Below are positions 1-9,217 of a stretch of DNA of 64,000 bases, in pieces. Under the pieces are notes generated by a model. That model was not told where the DNA came from. It made no database searches and worked only from the letters and a program-made list of their open reading frames with translations. Position numbers and translations under genes: made by a program. Source of the DNA: Coraliomargarita sp. (GTDB lineage: Bacteria; Verrucomicrobiota; Verrucomicrobiia; Opitutales; Coraliomargaritaceae); the NCBI GenBank assembly GCA_965216325.1, contig OZ244160.1, forward strand, positions 1,632,001-1,696,000, given 5' to 3'. Position 1 is the first letter of the stretch, and every line of letters begins with the position of its first letter.

Positions 1-1023
<1,023 letters not shown>

Positions 1024-1060
1024 GGTTGATCATCCAGCTTCTTTGTAGTGAATTTACCGT

Positions 1061-2107
1061 ATGCCATCCATTCCTGACGACCAACCCACTGGATCCGAGT
1101 TCATCGAAAAGTCGCTCTCCGAGCCCGAGAACTCGCAGGAGTCGATGCTTCGGCCGCTATCCTTTGACGACTTCGCTGGACAGGCTAAAACCTTGGAACG
1201 CCTAAAGGTGATGGTTGGTGCGGCCAAGAGTCGCGGCGAGCCACTGAATCACATTTTACTCAGCGGCCCTCCTGGTCTGGGAAAAACCACCCTCTCCTTA
1301 ATTCTCGGCAATGAGATGGAGAAGCAGGTCAGTATCACCTCCGGCCCCGTCATCGATAAGCCAGCCGACCTTGCCGGCCTTCTGACCAATCTGAACGAAG
1401 GCGACATTCTCTTTATCGACGAGATCCATCGTATTCCCAAGACCGTCGAAGAGTATCTCTACTCGGCTATGGAAGACTTCCGGATCGATATCATGATCGA
1501 TCAGGGGCCCAACGCCCGTAGCGTCCGGCTCAACCTGCCGCGCTTTACCCTACTCGGCGCAACCACTCGCATGGGCCTACTGACTGCACCGCTGCGCAGC
1601 CGATTCACGTTGCAGTCGCGCCTGAGCTACTACGACCAGAAGACTTTACAGGGCATTGTTGCCCGCACCTGCGGGCTGCTGGACGTCCAATTCACTCCAG
1701 CAGGTGCTTCCGAAATTGCCCGCCGTGCACGTGGCACGCCTCGTATTGCCAACAATTTGGTGAACTTCTGTCGCGACTATGCTCAACAGCGTAGTAATGG
1801 CACCATTTCCGAGAACTCGGCAATGGCCGCACTGGAACTCCTCGAAATCGACCAACGCGGACTCGACGAAATGGACAAGCAAATCATGCGCGTGATGGCA
1901 GAGAATTACAAAGGCGGCCCCGTTGGACTCCGCACCGTAGCGGTCGCCGTTGGCGAGGAAGCGCACACGCTGGAGGAAGTGCACGAGCCGTTTCTAATAC
2001 AGGAAGGCTACATCCAACGCACCGCCCAAGGTCGCGTCCTTACCGACCGCGGCTGGCATGTCGTCGGACTTGAGCCCGAGTCAGGCCTGCAAAGCGAGTT
2101 TTTATAG
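1061..2107 (+). CDS. ruvB: Holliday junction branch migration helicase
   Basis: LRP..FDDFAGQ, Walker A GPPGLGKTT, Walker B LFIDEIHR, GATTR, ARGTPRIAN, EPFLIQEGYIQRTAQGR. Confidence 0.97.
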   Translation: MPSIPDDQPTGSEFIEKSLSEPENSQESMLRPLSFDDFAGQAKTLERLKVMVGAAKSRGEPLNHILLSGPPGLGKTTLSLILGNEMEKQVSITSGPVIDKPADLAGLLTNLNEGDILFIDEIHRIPKTVEEYLYSAMEDFRIDIMIDQGPNARSVRLNLPRFTLLGATTRMGLLTAPLRSRFTLQSRLSYYDQKTLQGIVARTCGLLDVQFTPAGASEIARRARGTPRIANNLVNFCRDYAQQRSNGTISENSAMAALELLEIDQRGLDEMDKQIMRVMAENYKGGPVGLRTVAVAVGEEAHTLEEVHEPFLIQEGYIQRTAQGRVLTDRGWHVVGLEPESGLQSEFL

Positions 2108-2145
2108 GCTTTCCACGCCCCAACTTCCACTTTCTACTCTCCTCC

Positions 2146-2712
2146 ATGGGACGCAATTCAGTCAAAAAAATCAAAAAAGCACCTCGCTATTCAGCGCGTG
2201 CATCCGTGCTGCACTTAGAAACCGAGGATGATTTGTTCGACCTGATTGAACGCACCGAAAACCCACTCATCCTTCTTCTCGAAGGTGTGCAGGACCCCCA
2301 CAACCTAGGCGCCTGCCTGCGCACAGCATCCGGTGCGGGTGTGACGGCAGTTTTGGTGCCAATGAAGGGCGCCTGCAGTATCACACATACTGTGCGCGAC
2401 GTCTCCTGTGGCGGAGCCGATGAGGTGCCGTTCCTTAAGATCAAGAACACGAGTATGCTGCTGCGTAAGTTCAAAGATCGCGACATCCAGATCGTCGGCA
2501 CAATGGATAAAGGCGAAGGCAATCTCTACGATGTCGATTTCAGCCCGCCAACCTGCATCGTGCTCGGTAGCGAAGGATGGGGCATCCGCAAGGTAACCAG
2601 CGATCTCTGCGATGAGCTCGTTAGCATCCCGATGGCTGGCCAAGTGGATTGCCTGAACGTTTCTGTGTCCGCGGGAGTTTGTCTTTACGAAGCCGTGCGT
2701 CAGCGTCTATAA
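2146..2712 (+). CDS. SpoU/TrmH-family RNA 2'-O-methyltransferase (RlmB-like catalytic domain, short N-terminus)
   Basis: GVQDPHNLGACLRTA, VLGSEGWG, IPMAGQVDCLNVSVSAG. Confidence 0.88.
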   Translation: MGRNSVKKIKKAPRYSARASVLHLETEDDLFDLIERTENPLILLLEGVQDPHNLGACLRTASGAGVTAVLVPMKGACSITHTVRDVSCGGADEVPFLKIKNTSMLLRKFKDRDIQIVGTMDKGEGNLYDVDFSPPTCIVLGSEGWGIRKVTSDLCDELVSIPMAGQVDCLNVSVSAGVCLYEAVRQRL

Positions 2713-2739
2713 GCTGCAGCTTCAGTTCTTCTACCCTCT

Positions 2740-3825
2740 ATGAAAAAAGTCTTTATTTCCGGATGCTACGACATCCTCCACGGCGGCCACATCCAATTCT
2801 TCAAAGAAGCCAGAGCACTCGGCGACCACCTGACCGTCTCGTTTGCGTCCGACAAAGTACTCTGGGAGCACAAAAAGCGCCGCACCTCAATTCCTCAGGA
2901 TCACAAACTGGCACTAATGACGTCTTTAGATATCGTCGACCAAGTTGTCATCGGTGATTGCGACGAACTTGGACTGGATTTCAAAGAGCACTTCTTGAAG
3001 GTGCGCCCTGACATTCTGGCGGTCACCGAAGACGATCAGTATGCTGATGCGAAGAAAGCCCTTTGCGCTGAGGTCGGTGCTGAATACATCGTGCTTCCCA
3101 AGACGCCACCGCAGTTTACGCCGGTGTCCACCACATCTATCGTGCGCAACATACGCACTCCGGCCTATGCGCCACTACGCGTCGATTTTGGCGGCGGTTG
3201 GCTCGACGTCCCTCGTCATGCACGCGAAGGTGGCTTTATCGTGAATTGTGCCATCTCGCCACTTGTTTCCCTGAATGACTGGGGTTACGAGCAAAAGGCC
3301 GGCCTTGGCGGCAGCGGCGCATGGGCACTGTTGAATGGCAATGATGGCGTTGAAAGTGAACTCAACCTCGGGGTTGGCTGGCAAGACCCAGCTGTCATTC
3401 GCGAGACCGGGCTCTGTGTCTGGCGCAGCGGCCCCAAGCCGGTGCTTCACTTCAAGCGCAACGGTGATTTCCTACGCGGACACATGGCACTGCACTACAC
3501 CGACATCCCGCACGACACTCCGTCAAACGCCGACAACAAGCGGGACTATGACTTAATCGAGAAAGCGGGACTGACTGCCAAGCAAGCCGTGTTCGAGGGC
3601 AGCGTGCCCAAGCTAGGCGAAGCTATTCAGCTCAGCTATGAAGCTCAACTCGGCGAAGGCATGCAAGAGCTCCCCAACGCACCAGGCTGCATCGGACGTA
3701 AATACGTCGGCGGTGGCTGGGGCGGCTATGCCCTCTACCTATTTGAGCACAGCGAAGACCGTGATACCTTTGTCGCCTCGGCGAACAACAATCGTCCGAT
3801 CGAGCCGTATATCACGATTCGCTAA
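2740..3825 (+). CDS. Cytidylyltransferase-like (HxGH) domain fused to a compact GHMP-kinase-like domain
   Basis: N-terminal GCYDILHGGH and VSTTSI. C-terminal APLRVDFGGGWLD, AGLGGSGA, GWQDP and GRKYVGGGWGGY resemble the GHMP motifs. Confidence 0.75.
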   Translation: MKKVFISGCYDILHGGHIQFFKEARALGDHLTVSFASDKVLWEHKKRRTSIPQDHKLALMTSLDIVDQVVIGDCDELGLDFKEHFLKVRPDILAVTEDDQYADAKKALCAEVGAEYIVLPKTPPQFTPVSTTSIVRNIRTPAYAPLRVDFGGGWLDVPRHAREGGFIVNCAISPLVSLNDWGYEQKAGLGGSGAWALLNGNDGVESELNLGVGWQDPAVIRETGLCVWRSGPKPVLHFKRNGDFLRGHMALHYTDIPHDTPSNADNKRDYDLIEKAGLTAKQAVFEGSVPKLGEAIQLSYEAQLGEGMQELPNAPGCIGRKYVGGGWGGYALYLFEHSEDRDTFVASANNNRPIEPYITIR

Positions 3826-3901
3826 TCCCGGTCGAAGTGGCAGCGACCGCTAGCCAGAAATGAGCCAGTCGAACTGCCACTAAAACGTGCCAAGCACTGG
3901 G

Positions 3902-3923
3902 AGCGGCTGGAAGCCGCTTCTAC
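3902..3923 (-). repeat. Single GTAG REP-like hairpin (GTAGAAGCGGCTTCCAGCCGCT); may also act as a plus-strand terminator
   Basis: GTAG tetranucleotide plus AGCGGCT/AGCCGCT stem. A T-run follows on the plus strand. Confidence 0.55.
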
Positions 3924-4029
3924 TTTTTCCTTTACGGATTTGGCGAGGGGCTCAGTTTGTTGCGTTTCACTGATTACATAGACTGAGGTGCTTCTGGCCT
4001 CCGCCTTCTGATCGCTGACTTCTGAAACC

Positions 4030-5211
4030 ATGAGCCTGATAGAAACAATTCGCCAAAACACCGACACCATCATCGGTGAAACCGAACTGGAAGACCGCCT
4101 GCACGGCAATCGCCCGCTGCGCGTCAAACTCGGCGTCGACCCGACACGTCCAGACCTGACCTTCGGACACCTCGTGGTGTTCAACAAGTTACGCCAATTT
4201 CAAGATCTCGGACACGAAGCGATTTTAATCATCGGCGACTTCACAACCCTAATCGGCGACCCATCCGGTCGCTCCAGCACGCGTCCGGTGCTCACCAAAG
4301 AGCAGATCATCGATAATGCGAAGACTTACCTCGACCAAGCCTTCAAAATTCTCGATGAGGACAAGACCACGGTGCACTTCAACAGTGAGTGGTTCAACGA
4401 GATGGGCTTCGAAGACTGCCTCAAGCTCGCCCGCAAGATGACCGTGGCTCGGATGCTCGAGCGCGATGACTTCGCGAAGCGCTACGCCAGCAACGCGCCG
4501 ATCTCCATCATCGAATTTCTCTACCCGCTCATTCAAGGCTACGACTCGCTCGTACTAAACGCCGATGTTGAAATCGGCGGCACCGACCAGCTGTTCAATA
4601 TGCTCGTCGGCCGCGCACTTCAAAAGGATGCCGGCAAGATGGAGCAAGCGGTCATCACCATGCCATTGCTCGTCGGCCTTGACGGCGTAAAAAAGATGTC
4701 CAAGAGCCAGGACAACTACATCGCCTTCACGGACACTCCGAAGGAAATGTTCGGCAAGATCATGTCGATCAGCGACGACACGATGTGGCTTTACTACAAG
4801 CTGCTCCTTGAACTGGACGAGGAAAAGATCGAACGCCACAAGGCAGACCACCCTATGGCTGCCAAAAAGCACCTGGCTTGTGCACTTGTTGGTCAGTTCC
4901 ACTCCATGAAAGAAGCCAAGCATGAGCTTGAACAATTCGAGCAGGTATTCTCCAAGAACAAAATTCCATCCGACATGCCAACCTTCAGCTGGAGTGATCT
5001 GGCTGGCGATAATGACAGCGCAACACTCGTTGACATCATGGGCGCCTCCGAACTCTTTAAGAGCAAGGGCGATGTGCGTCGCTTGATCCAACAGGGCGGC
5101 GTCAAAGTCGATGGCGAAAAGCAAAGCGATCTCAACATGGAATTCAGCCGCCCGGACGGAGAGCAAATCTTCCAGGCCGGCAAACGTGTGTTTTTCAAAG
5201 TCGTCGGCTAA
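4030..5211 (+). CDS. tyrS: Tyrosine--tRNA ligase
   Basis: KLGVDPT..DLTFGH (HIGH variant), IGDPSGR, GGTDQ, KMSKS, C-terminal S4-like domain. Confidence 0.96.
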   Translation: MSLIETIRQNTDTIIGETELEDRLHGNRPLRVKLGVDPTRPDLTFGHLVVFNKLRQFQDLGHEAILIIGDFTTLIGDPSGRSSTRPVLTKEQIIDNAKTYLDQAFKILDEDKTTVHFNSEWFNEMGFEDCLKLARKMTVARMLERDDFAKRYASNAPISIIEFLYPLIQGYDSLVLNADVEIGGTDQLFNMLVGRALQKDAGKMEQAVITMPLLVGLDGVKKMSKSQDNYIAFTDTPKEMFGKIMSISDDTMWLYYKLLLELDEEKIERHKADHPMAAKKHLACALVGQFHSMKEAKHELEQFEQVFSKNKIPSDMPTFSWSDLAGDNDSATLVDIMGASELFKSKGDVRRLIQQGGVKVDGEKQSDLNMEFSRPDGEQIFQAGKRVFFKVVG

Positions 5212-5294
5212 AATCGTCCGCGAACGCTTTACAAGGCCATCGATCCCGCTACCTAAATACCTTCAACTAACACCTATCAACTACGTATACTACC

Positions 5295-5768
5295 ATGGCA
5301 CTCGCAACTGGAACTAAAGCACCTGAATTTACACTGAAAACCAAGACTGCTGAAGGTCTTGAGGACGTCGCACTCGCTGATAACTTCGGCAAGCAAAAGA
5401 CTGTCCTGCTCTTCTTCCCACTGGCATTCACCAGTGTCTGCATGGAAGAAATGTGCTCCGTCAGCTCTGGCATTCAAGACTACAAGGACCTCAACGCTGC
5501 AGTTTACGGCATCTCGGTAGACAGCCCATTCACACTAGAAAAGATGGCAGCTGTAGACGGCCTGCAATTCCCACTGCTTAGCGACTTCAACAAGGATGTT
5601 TCTACAGCCTACGATGTGCTCTTCGAAGACCTGATCGGCTTCAAGGGTGTCTCCAAGCGCTCGGCTTTCGTCATCGATGAAGAAGGCACGATCATCTACG
5701 CAGAGTCCTCTGACGACCCAAAGCAACTTCCTGATTTCGACGCAATCAAGGCAGCGTTGAAGGCTTAA
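5295..5768 (+). CDS. Peroxiredoxin (AhpC/TSA, AhpE-like)
   Basis: FFPLAFTSVC (PxxxTxxC), GISVDS, FPLLSD. Confidence 0.88.
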   Translation: MALATGTKAPEFTLKTKTAEGLEDVALADNFGKQKTVLLFFPLAFTSVCMEEMCSVSSGIQDYKDLNAAVYGISVDSPFTLEKMAAVDGLQFPLLSDFNKDVSTAYDVLFEDLIGFKGVSKRSAFVIDEEGTIIYAESSDDPKQLPDFDAIKAALKA

Positions 5769-5812
5769 GCCCGACAAAGTTGACTAAGAAAGCAGCTGTC
5801 GACACACATAAG

Positions 5813-5854
5813 ATTGACCTCAAGGCGGGAATCGATTCCGCTATTGAGGTCAAT
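5813..5854. repeat. Imperfect long palindrome with a GGAAT-CG-ATTCC core
   Basis: Arms ATTGACCTCAA (5813-5823) and TTGAGGTCAAT (5844-5854) enclose a palindromic centre. Confidence 0.75.
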
Positions 5855-5934
5855 TATTATCGTCGTTGAATCTGCCAAGTAGCAGGTTTAACAACACCAC
5901 CACAGAAGTATAACATACGCAATCGCTCCATCGC

Positions 5935-6453
5935 ATGAGTGACCCCCAACAGCCGACCTTCCTAGTCAGCGCCTACTCCGACCCTGTGGCGGTTCGGATC
6001 AACGGCAAAGCGAATTACTTGAACTGCAACAACTTCCGCGAGTTCATGGAGAAAATGGTGGCTGACGGCAAGCGTAGCTTCCTTCTCGACTTCGAGCACT
6101 GTCGCGGAATGGACAGCACCTTCCTCGGTATTCTTGCGGGGACCGCAATTGAGCTGCAAAAGCAGGAGCCCGCAGGAAAACTAACACTTTGCAAACTAGG
6201 TGAGCGGAATCACGACCTGATCTGCAACTTAGGCCTGCAGACCTTGCTCGACATCCTCGAACCAGATGAAGAATGCGGCCACCGCAAAGAGGACAACGAC
6301 TTCTCCAGCTTGGAGAATCAAGAAGTCTCCAACGCCGCCAACGTTCTGAAAGCTCACGAAAACCTCGTGCATGCAGACGATGAGAACGCAGCTAAGTTTC
6401 AAGACGTTATTGCATTCCTGAAAAATCAGGTCAAATCTGACGAAAATAAGTGA
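5935..6453 (+). CDS. STAS-domain anti-sigma factor antagonist
   Basis: LDFEHCRGMDSTFLG with the phosphorylatable Ser, then a C-terminal helical extension. Confidence 0.85.
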   Translation: MSDPQQPTFLVSAYSDPVAVRINGKANYLNCNNFREFMEKMVADGKRSFLLDFEHCRGMDSTFLGILAGTAIELQKQEPAGKLTLCKLGERNHDLICNLGLQTLLDILEPDEECGHRKEDNDFSSLENQEVSNAANVLKAHENLVHADDENAAKFQDVIAFLKNQVKSDENK

Positions 6454-6488
6454 CTCGTTTCACGGCAAACGATTAGGATAAGCAAAGT

Positions 6489-7913
6489 ATGATCCTTTCG
6501 TTTGTGTTCGGAGCCCTGACTGGAGCATTCCTGCTCTGGGTGTTTTATTTGGGCAAACGTAAGCAGATCAAACTGCTCGACGAAGAGAAACAATTGCTCG
6601 TTCAAGAGAAGCAAATTGTGGTCGAGTTCATGCACAACATGGTCGAAGCCGTGGTCGAAGAAGGCGATCGCAAGGGCATGTTCCAGCGCATCATCCATGC
6701 GGCCATCCTCAGCACTGGGGCAATGAGTGCGGCCATTTTTGAACGCCGTGAGAATAACTGCCTCCACGGTGTGGCCGTCGAAGGCCTCTTTCCTCCCCAG
6801 CGCCCACTGAATAGCACAAATACTGAGGTTGCCGCAACACGCTCAAAGCACATTGCCGAGATCCTCAAGTCCGAAACATTTCAAATGGGCGAAGGCCTGA
6901 TCGGCGCAGTTGCGAAAAGCCGGCGCGCAGTTTTGATTTCTGATGCGAGCACCGATCCCCGTGTAGTTCAACATGACGACCCTGCACTCCACGTGCGCTC
7001 GATCATAGTAGCCCCTGTTATCTTTAAAGAGGAGCTTATCGCCGTGCTCGCGGTCGCCAACCCATCCGATGGGCTGGCCTTTACTGACACCGATTTCTCA
7101 CTCGTCGAATCACTCGCTGAACAAGTGGGACTCGCCGTCCACAATAGCGACTCACTGAACCTACAACTGGAAAAGAACAAACTCGACCTCGACATCGAAG
7201 TCGCTGGAAACATCCAGAACCTGCTACTCCCCAACACCTTCCCGACATCCAAGTCTCTCGAATTTGCCGCACACTATACCGCAGCGCAGAAAGTCGGTGG
7301 CGACCTTTACGACATTTTTCCAGTCAACTCACATAAGATTGGCGTCGTCGTCGCCGATGTCTCCGGCAAAGGCATCTCCGCTTCTCTCGTGATGGCAATC
7401 TGCCAAACGAACCTGCGACATCTCTCGCGCCAAGAGGAATCCCCAGCCAAAGTGCTCAAAGCAATCAACACCGCGATGCAAAGCTCCATGCGGCGCGACA
7501 TGTTCATCACAATGATCTACGCGATCATCGACACTGAGGGAGGCACACTCACTCTTGCGCGCGCCGGGCACGAACTCCCACTCCTAAGCCGACGTTCAGG
7601 AGTAGAAAGCATCAGCTCCAAAGGCATGGCAGTTGGCATGGTGCCTCCAGAGATCTTCGACCTGAACATCGAGGACTTCACACTCCAGTTCGAGAAAGGC
7701 GATTGCCTGATGCTCTACACCGATGGAGTGACTGAGAGCATCAACGATAACGGAGATGAATATAGCACCGCTCGACTGGCGCAAACACTGCAAGCGAACA
7801 ACGATAAACCTGCTCAGCTAATTCTCGATAATTGCCTGAAGGACGTCGAAAGCTTCGCGTCAATTGAAGGCCAACTGGACGATATCACACTGATCACGGT
7901 GAAGCACCGCTAA
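6489..7913 (+). CDS. Membrane-anchored GAF + PP2C/SpoIIE (RsbU-like) phosphatase
   Basis: N-terminal TM, GAF (GEGLIGAVA, SIIVAPV), VGGDLYD, ADVSGKG, LYTDGVTE, DDIT. Confidence 0.9.
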   Translation: MILSFVFGALTGAFLLWVFYLGKRKQIKLLDEEKQLLVQEKQIVVEFMHNMVEAVVEEGDRKGMFQRIIHAAILSTGAMSAAIFERRENNCLHGVAVEGLFPPQRPLNSTNTEVAATRSKHIAEILKSETFQMGEGLIGAVAKSRRAVLISDASTDPRVVQHDDPALHVRSIIVAPVIFKEELIAVLAVANPSDGLAFTDTDFSLVESLAEQVGLAVHNSDSLNLQLEKNKLDLDIEVAGNIQNLLLPNTFPTSKSLEFAAHYTAAQKVGGDLYDIFPVNSHKIGVVVADVSGKGISASLVMAICQTNLRHLSRQEESPAKVLKAINTAMQSSMRRDMFITMIYAIIDTEGGTLTLARAGHELPLLSRRSGVESISSKGMAVGMVPPEIFDLNIEDFTLQFEKGDCLMLYTDGVTESINDNGDEYSTARLAQTLQANNDKPAQLILDNCLKDVESFASIEGQLDDITLITVKHR

Positions 7914-7914
7914 A

Positions 7915-7940
7915 CAGGTCGGGGTCCCGCCTTTAGGCGG
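7915..7940 (+). repeat. Left arm of an inverted REP-like pair that encloses the intron
   Basis: CAGGTCGGGGTCCCGCCTTTAGGCGG matches the reverse complement of 9189-9214 with one mismatch. Confidence 0.85.
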
Positions 7941-7979
7941 ATTCACGCAGCACAGGCATCCTGCCCGTGTTTCCTGAAC

Positions 7980-9135
7980 ATCGAGTAGCCGGGAGCGGTT
8001 GCCCGCTCCAAGCTCTCACACCACCGGACGTACGGTTCACGTATCACGGCGGTTCCGAAGAAGGATTTCGGCTCTCATCAATTCGAGCAAATCATAGACA
8101 GATAGGAGCTTCATTTGCGTGAAGGCTTTGCGTGGGAGGGCTTGGTTCATGTGAGAGGCTCCGGCTGTTAAACCACGCCCCGCGTCCGTTGTAGCTGCTT
8201 TTGCGTGCACATTCGGGGCTGAGCCCAAGCTGCACCAGCTTCCTGTAGCGGGTGTGGGGACGTTTCCACTGTCGCCAGAGGATGCACCGCAAGCGATGTC
8301 GCAACCATTCGTCCAGTTCCCCGGCGAAGGTTTTCGTCTGACTCAGGCGGAAGTAGTTCGTCCAGCCGCGTAGCACTGGATTGAGCGTCTCAGCGATGAA
8401 GCGGCGCAGGTTGCGCCCGCGCCCTTTGCGGCAGAGTTTCCGCAGCTTGGACTTCATCTTTTGAGTCGTCTGTTTGGGCACGCGAATGCGGCTATGCTTG
8501 CCCCCAGTGAAGCTGTAGCCGAGGAAGATCCGGCGGCTCGGACGATCCACAGCGCTTTTGAGGTGGTTGACCTTCAGCTTCAGTTTGGTCTCCAAGGCCG
8601 ATGGCGCGCTTGATGCGCCCGCATGGACTCGCCCCAGATGCCGTCCGGTTCCTTCCACGCGGGTCTGACGGGTGGTGCCGCCAGCTTCTGCTTCCCTGCT
8701 CTCGCTCATGGTCTCAGTCCTTGTTGTCGTTCTTCGGTTCGATCCTTCGCCCGCGACCTGTGCAGGCTACTATGATCTCGGCTGACTTCTCTAAACACAT
8801 CCCAGTGCCTCGCGACACTGGTAGCCAGTAGCATGTTCAGAGACCTCCCCGGGTAATGCGCACTTACCGTCACACTTATGCCTGCCGCATATACGCCTGC
8901 GCTTTCCGGGCAAGTTTCGGACTTTGAAGTTCTGTGCCTCCTCATCCAACGCAAACGCCTCTTATGCGATTCCTGTTCGTCAGGCCAGTGCTTTGCCATA
9001 GGCTTCCTTCCCACGAACACCTCGCGATGCCGCAGTTGCCCTTCGGCTAACTCTTCCCCTTGCCGGGCGAGTAACAGACTTTCATCAATTTCCATTAATA
9101 ATCACTGTCGAGTAAGTGCGCCCTGCCGGGCGCAC
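7980..9135 (-). mobile_element. Group IIC intron with an internally deleted, non-autonomous IEP
   Basis: 5' GTGCGCCCGGCAGGGCGCAC at 9135, directly after a terminator. DV ACCGCCGTGATACGTGAACCGTACGTCCGGTGGT (~8020-8053) with CGC triad. DVI ends ...GGCTACTCGAT at 7980. Putative EBS1 loop ACGAA (8976-8980) pairs with 5' exon UUUGU. Confidence 0.93.
8037..8709 (-). pseudogene. ltrA: Group II intron-encoded protein remnant: N-terminal leader fused to RT7 and thumb/X; no YADD; +1 frameshift near 8167
   Basis: ...SAPSALE|TKLKLKVN..KSAVDRP..FLGYSF, then LNPVLRGWTNYF and WRQWKRP. The tail GASHMNQAL lies in another frame (ORF 8037..8228). Confidence 0.88.
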
Positions 9136-9169
9136 ACAAAAAAGCCACGAACTCATCCGAATTCGTGGC
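9136..9169 (-). terminator. Rho-independent terminator after acnB; insertion target of the intron
   Basis: Minus strand GCCACGAA-TTCGGATGAG-TTCGTGGC-TTTTTTGT immediately precedes the intron GTGCG. Confidence 0.85.
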
Positions 9170-9188
9170 GTTGAAAATGATGGCTAAA

Positions 9189-9214
9189 CCGCCTAAAGGC
9201 GGGACCCCAACCTG
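9189..9214 (-). repeat. Right arm of the inverted REP-like pair
   Basis: CCGCCTAAAGGCGGGACCCCAACCTG is the inverted copy of 7915-7940. Confidence 0.85.
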
Positions 9215-9217
9215 CTC

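Noticed and set aside
3826..4029. T-box or riboswitch leader upstream of tyrS
   Set aside because: No T-box consensus was recognised. The structure is explained by a hairpin (3836-3881) and a REP.
9136..9169. attC site as the intron target (IIC-attC, integron)
   Set aside because: No RYYYAAC/GTTRRRY-bounded cassette site or integrase was seen; the target is a U-tailed terminator hairpin.
8706..9174. ORFs 8706..9095 (-) and 8878..9174 (+)
   Set aside because: They overlie intron RNA domains I-III and have no protein-like motifs.
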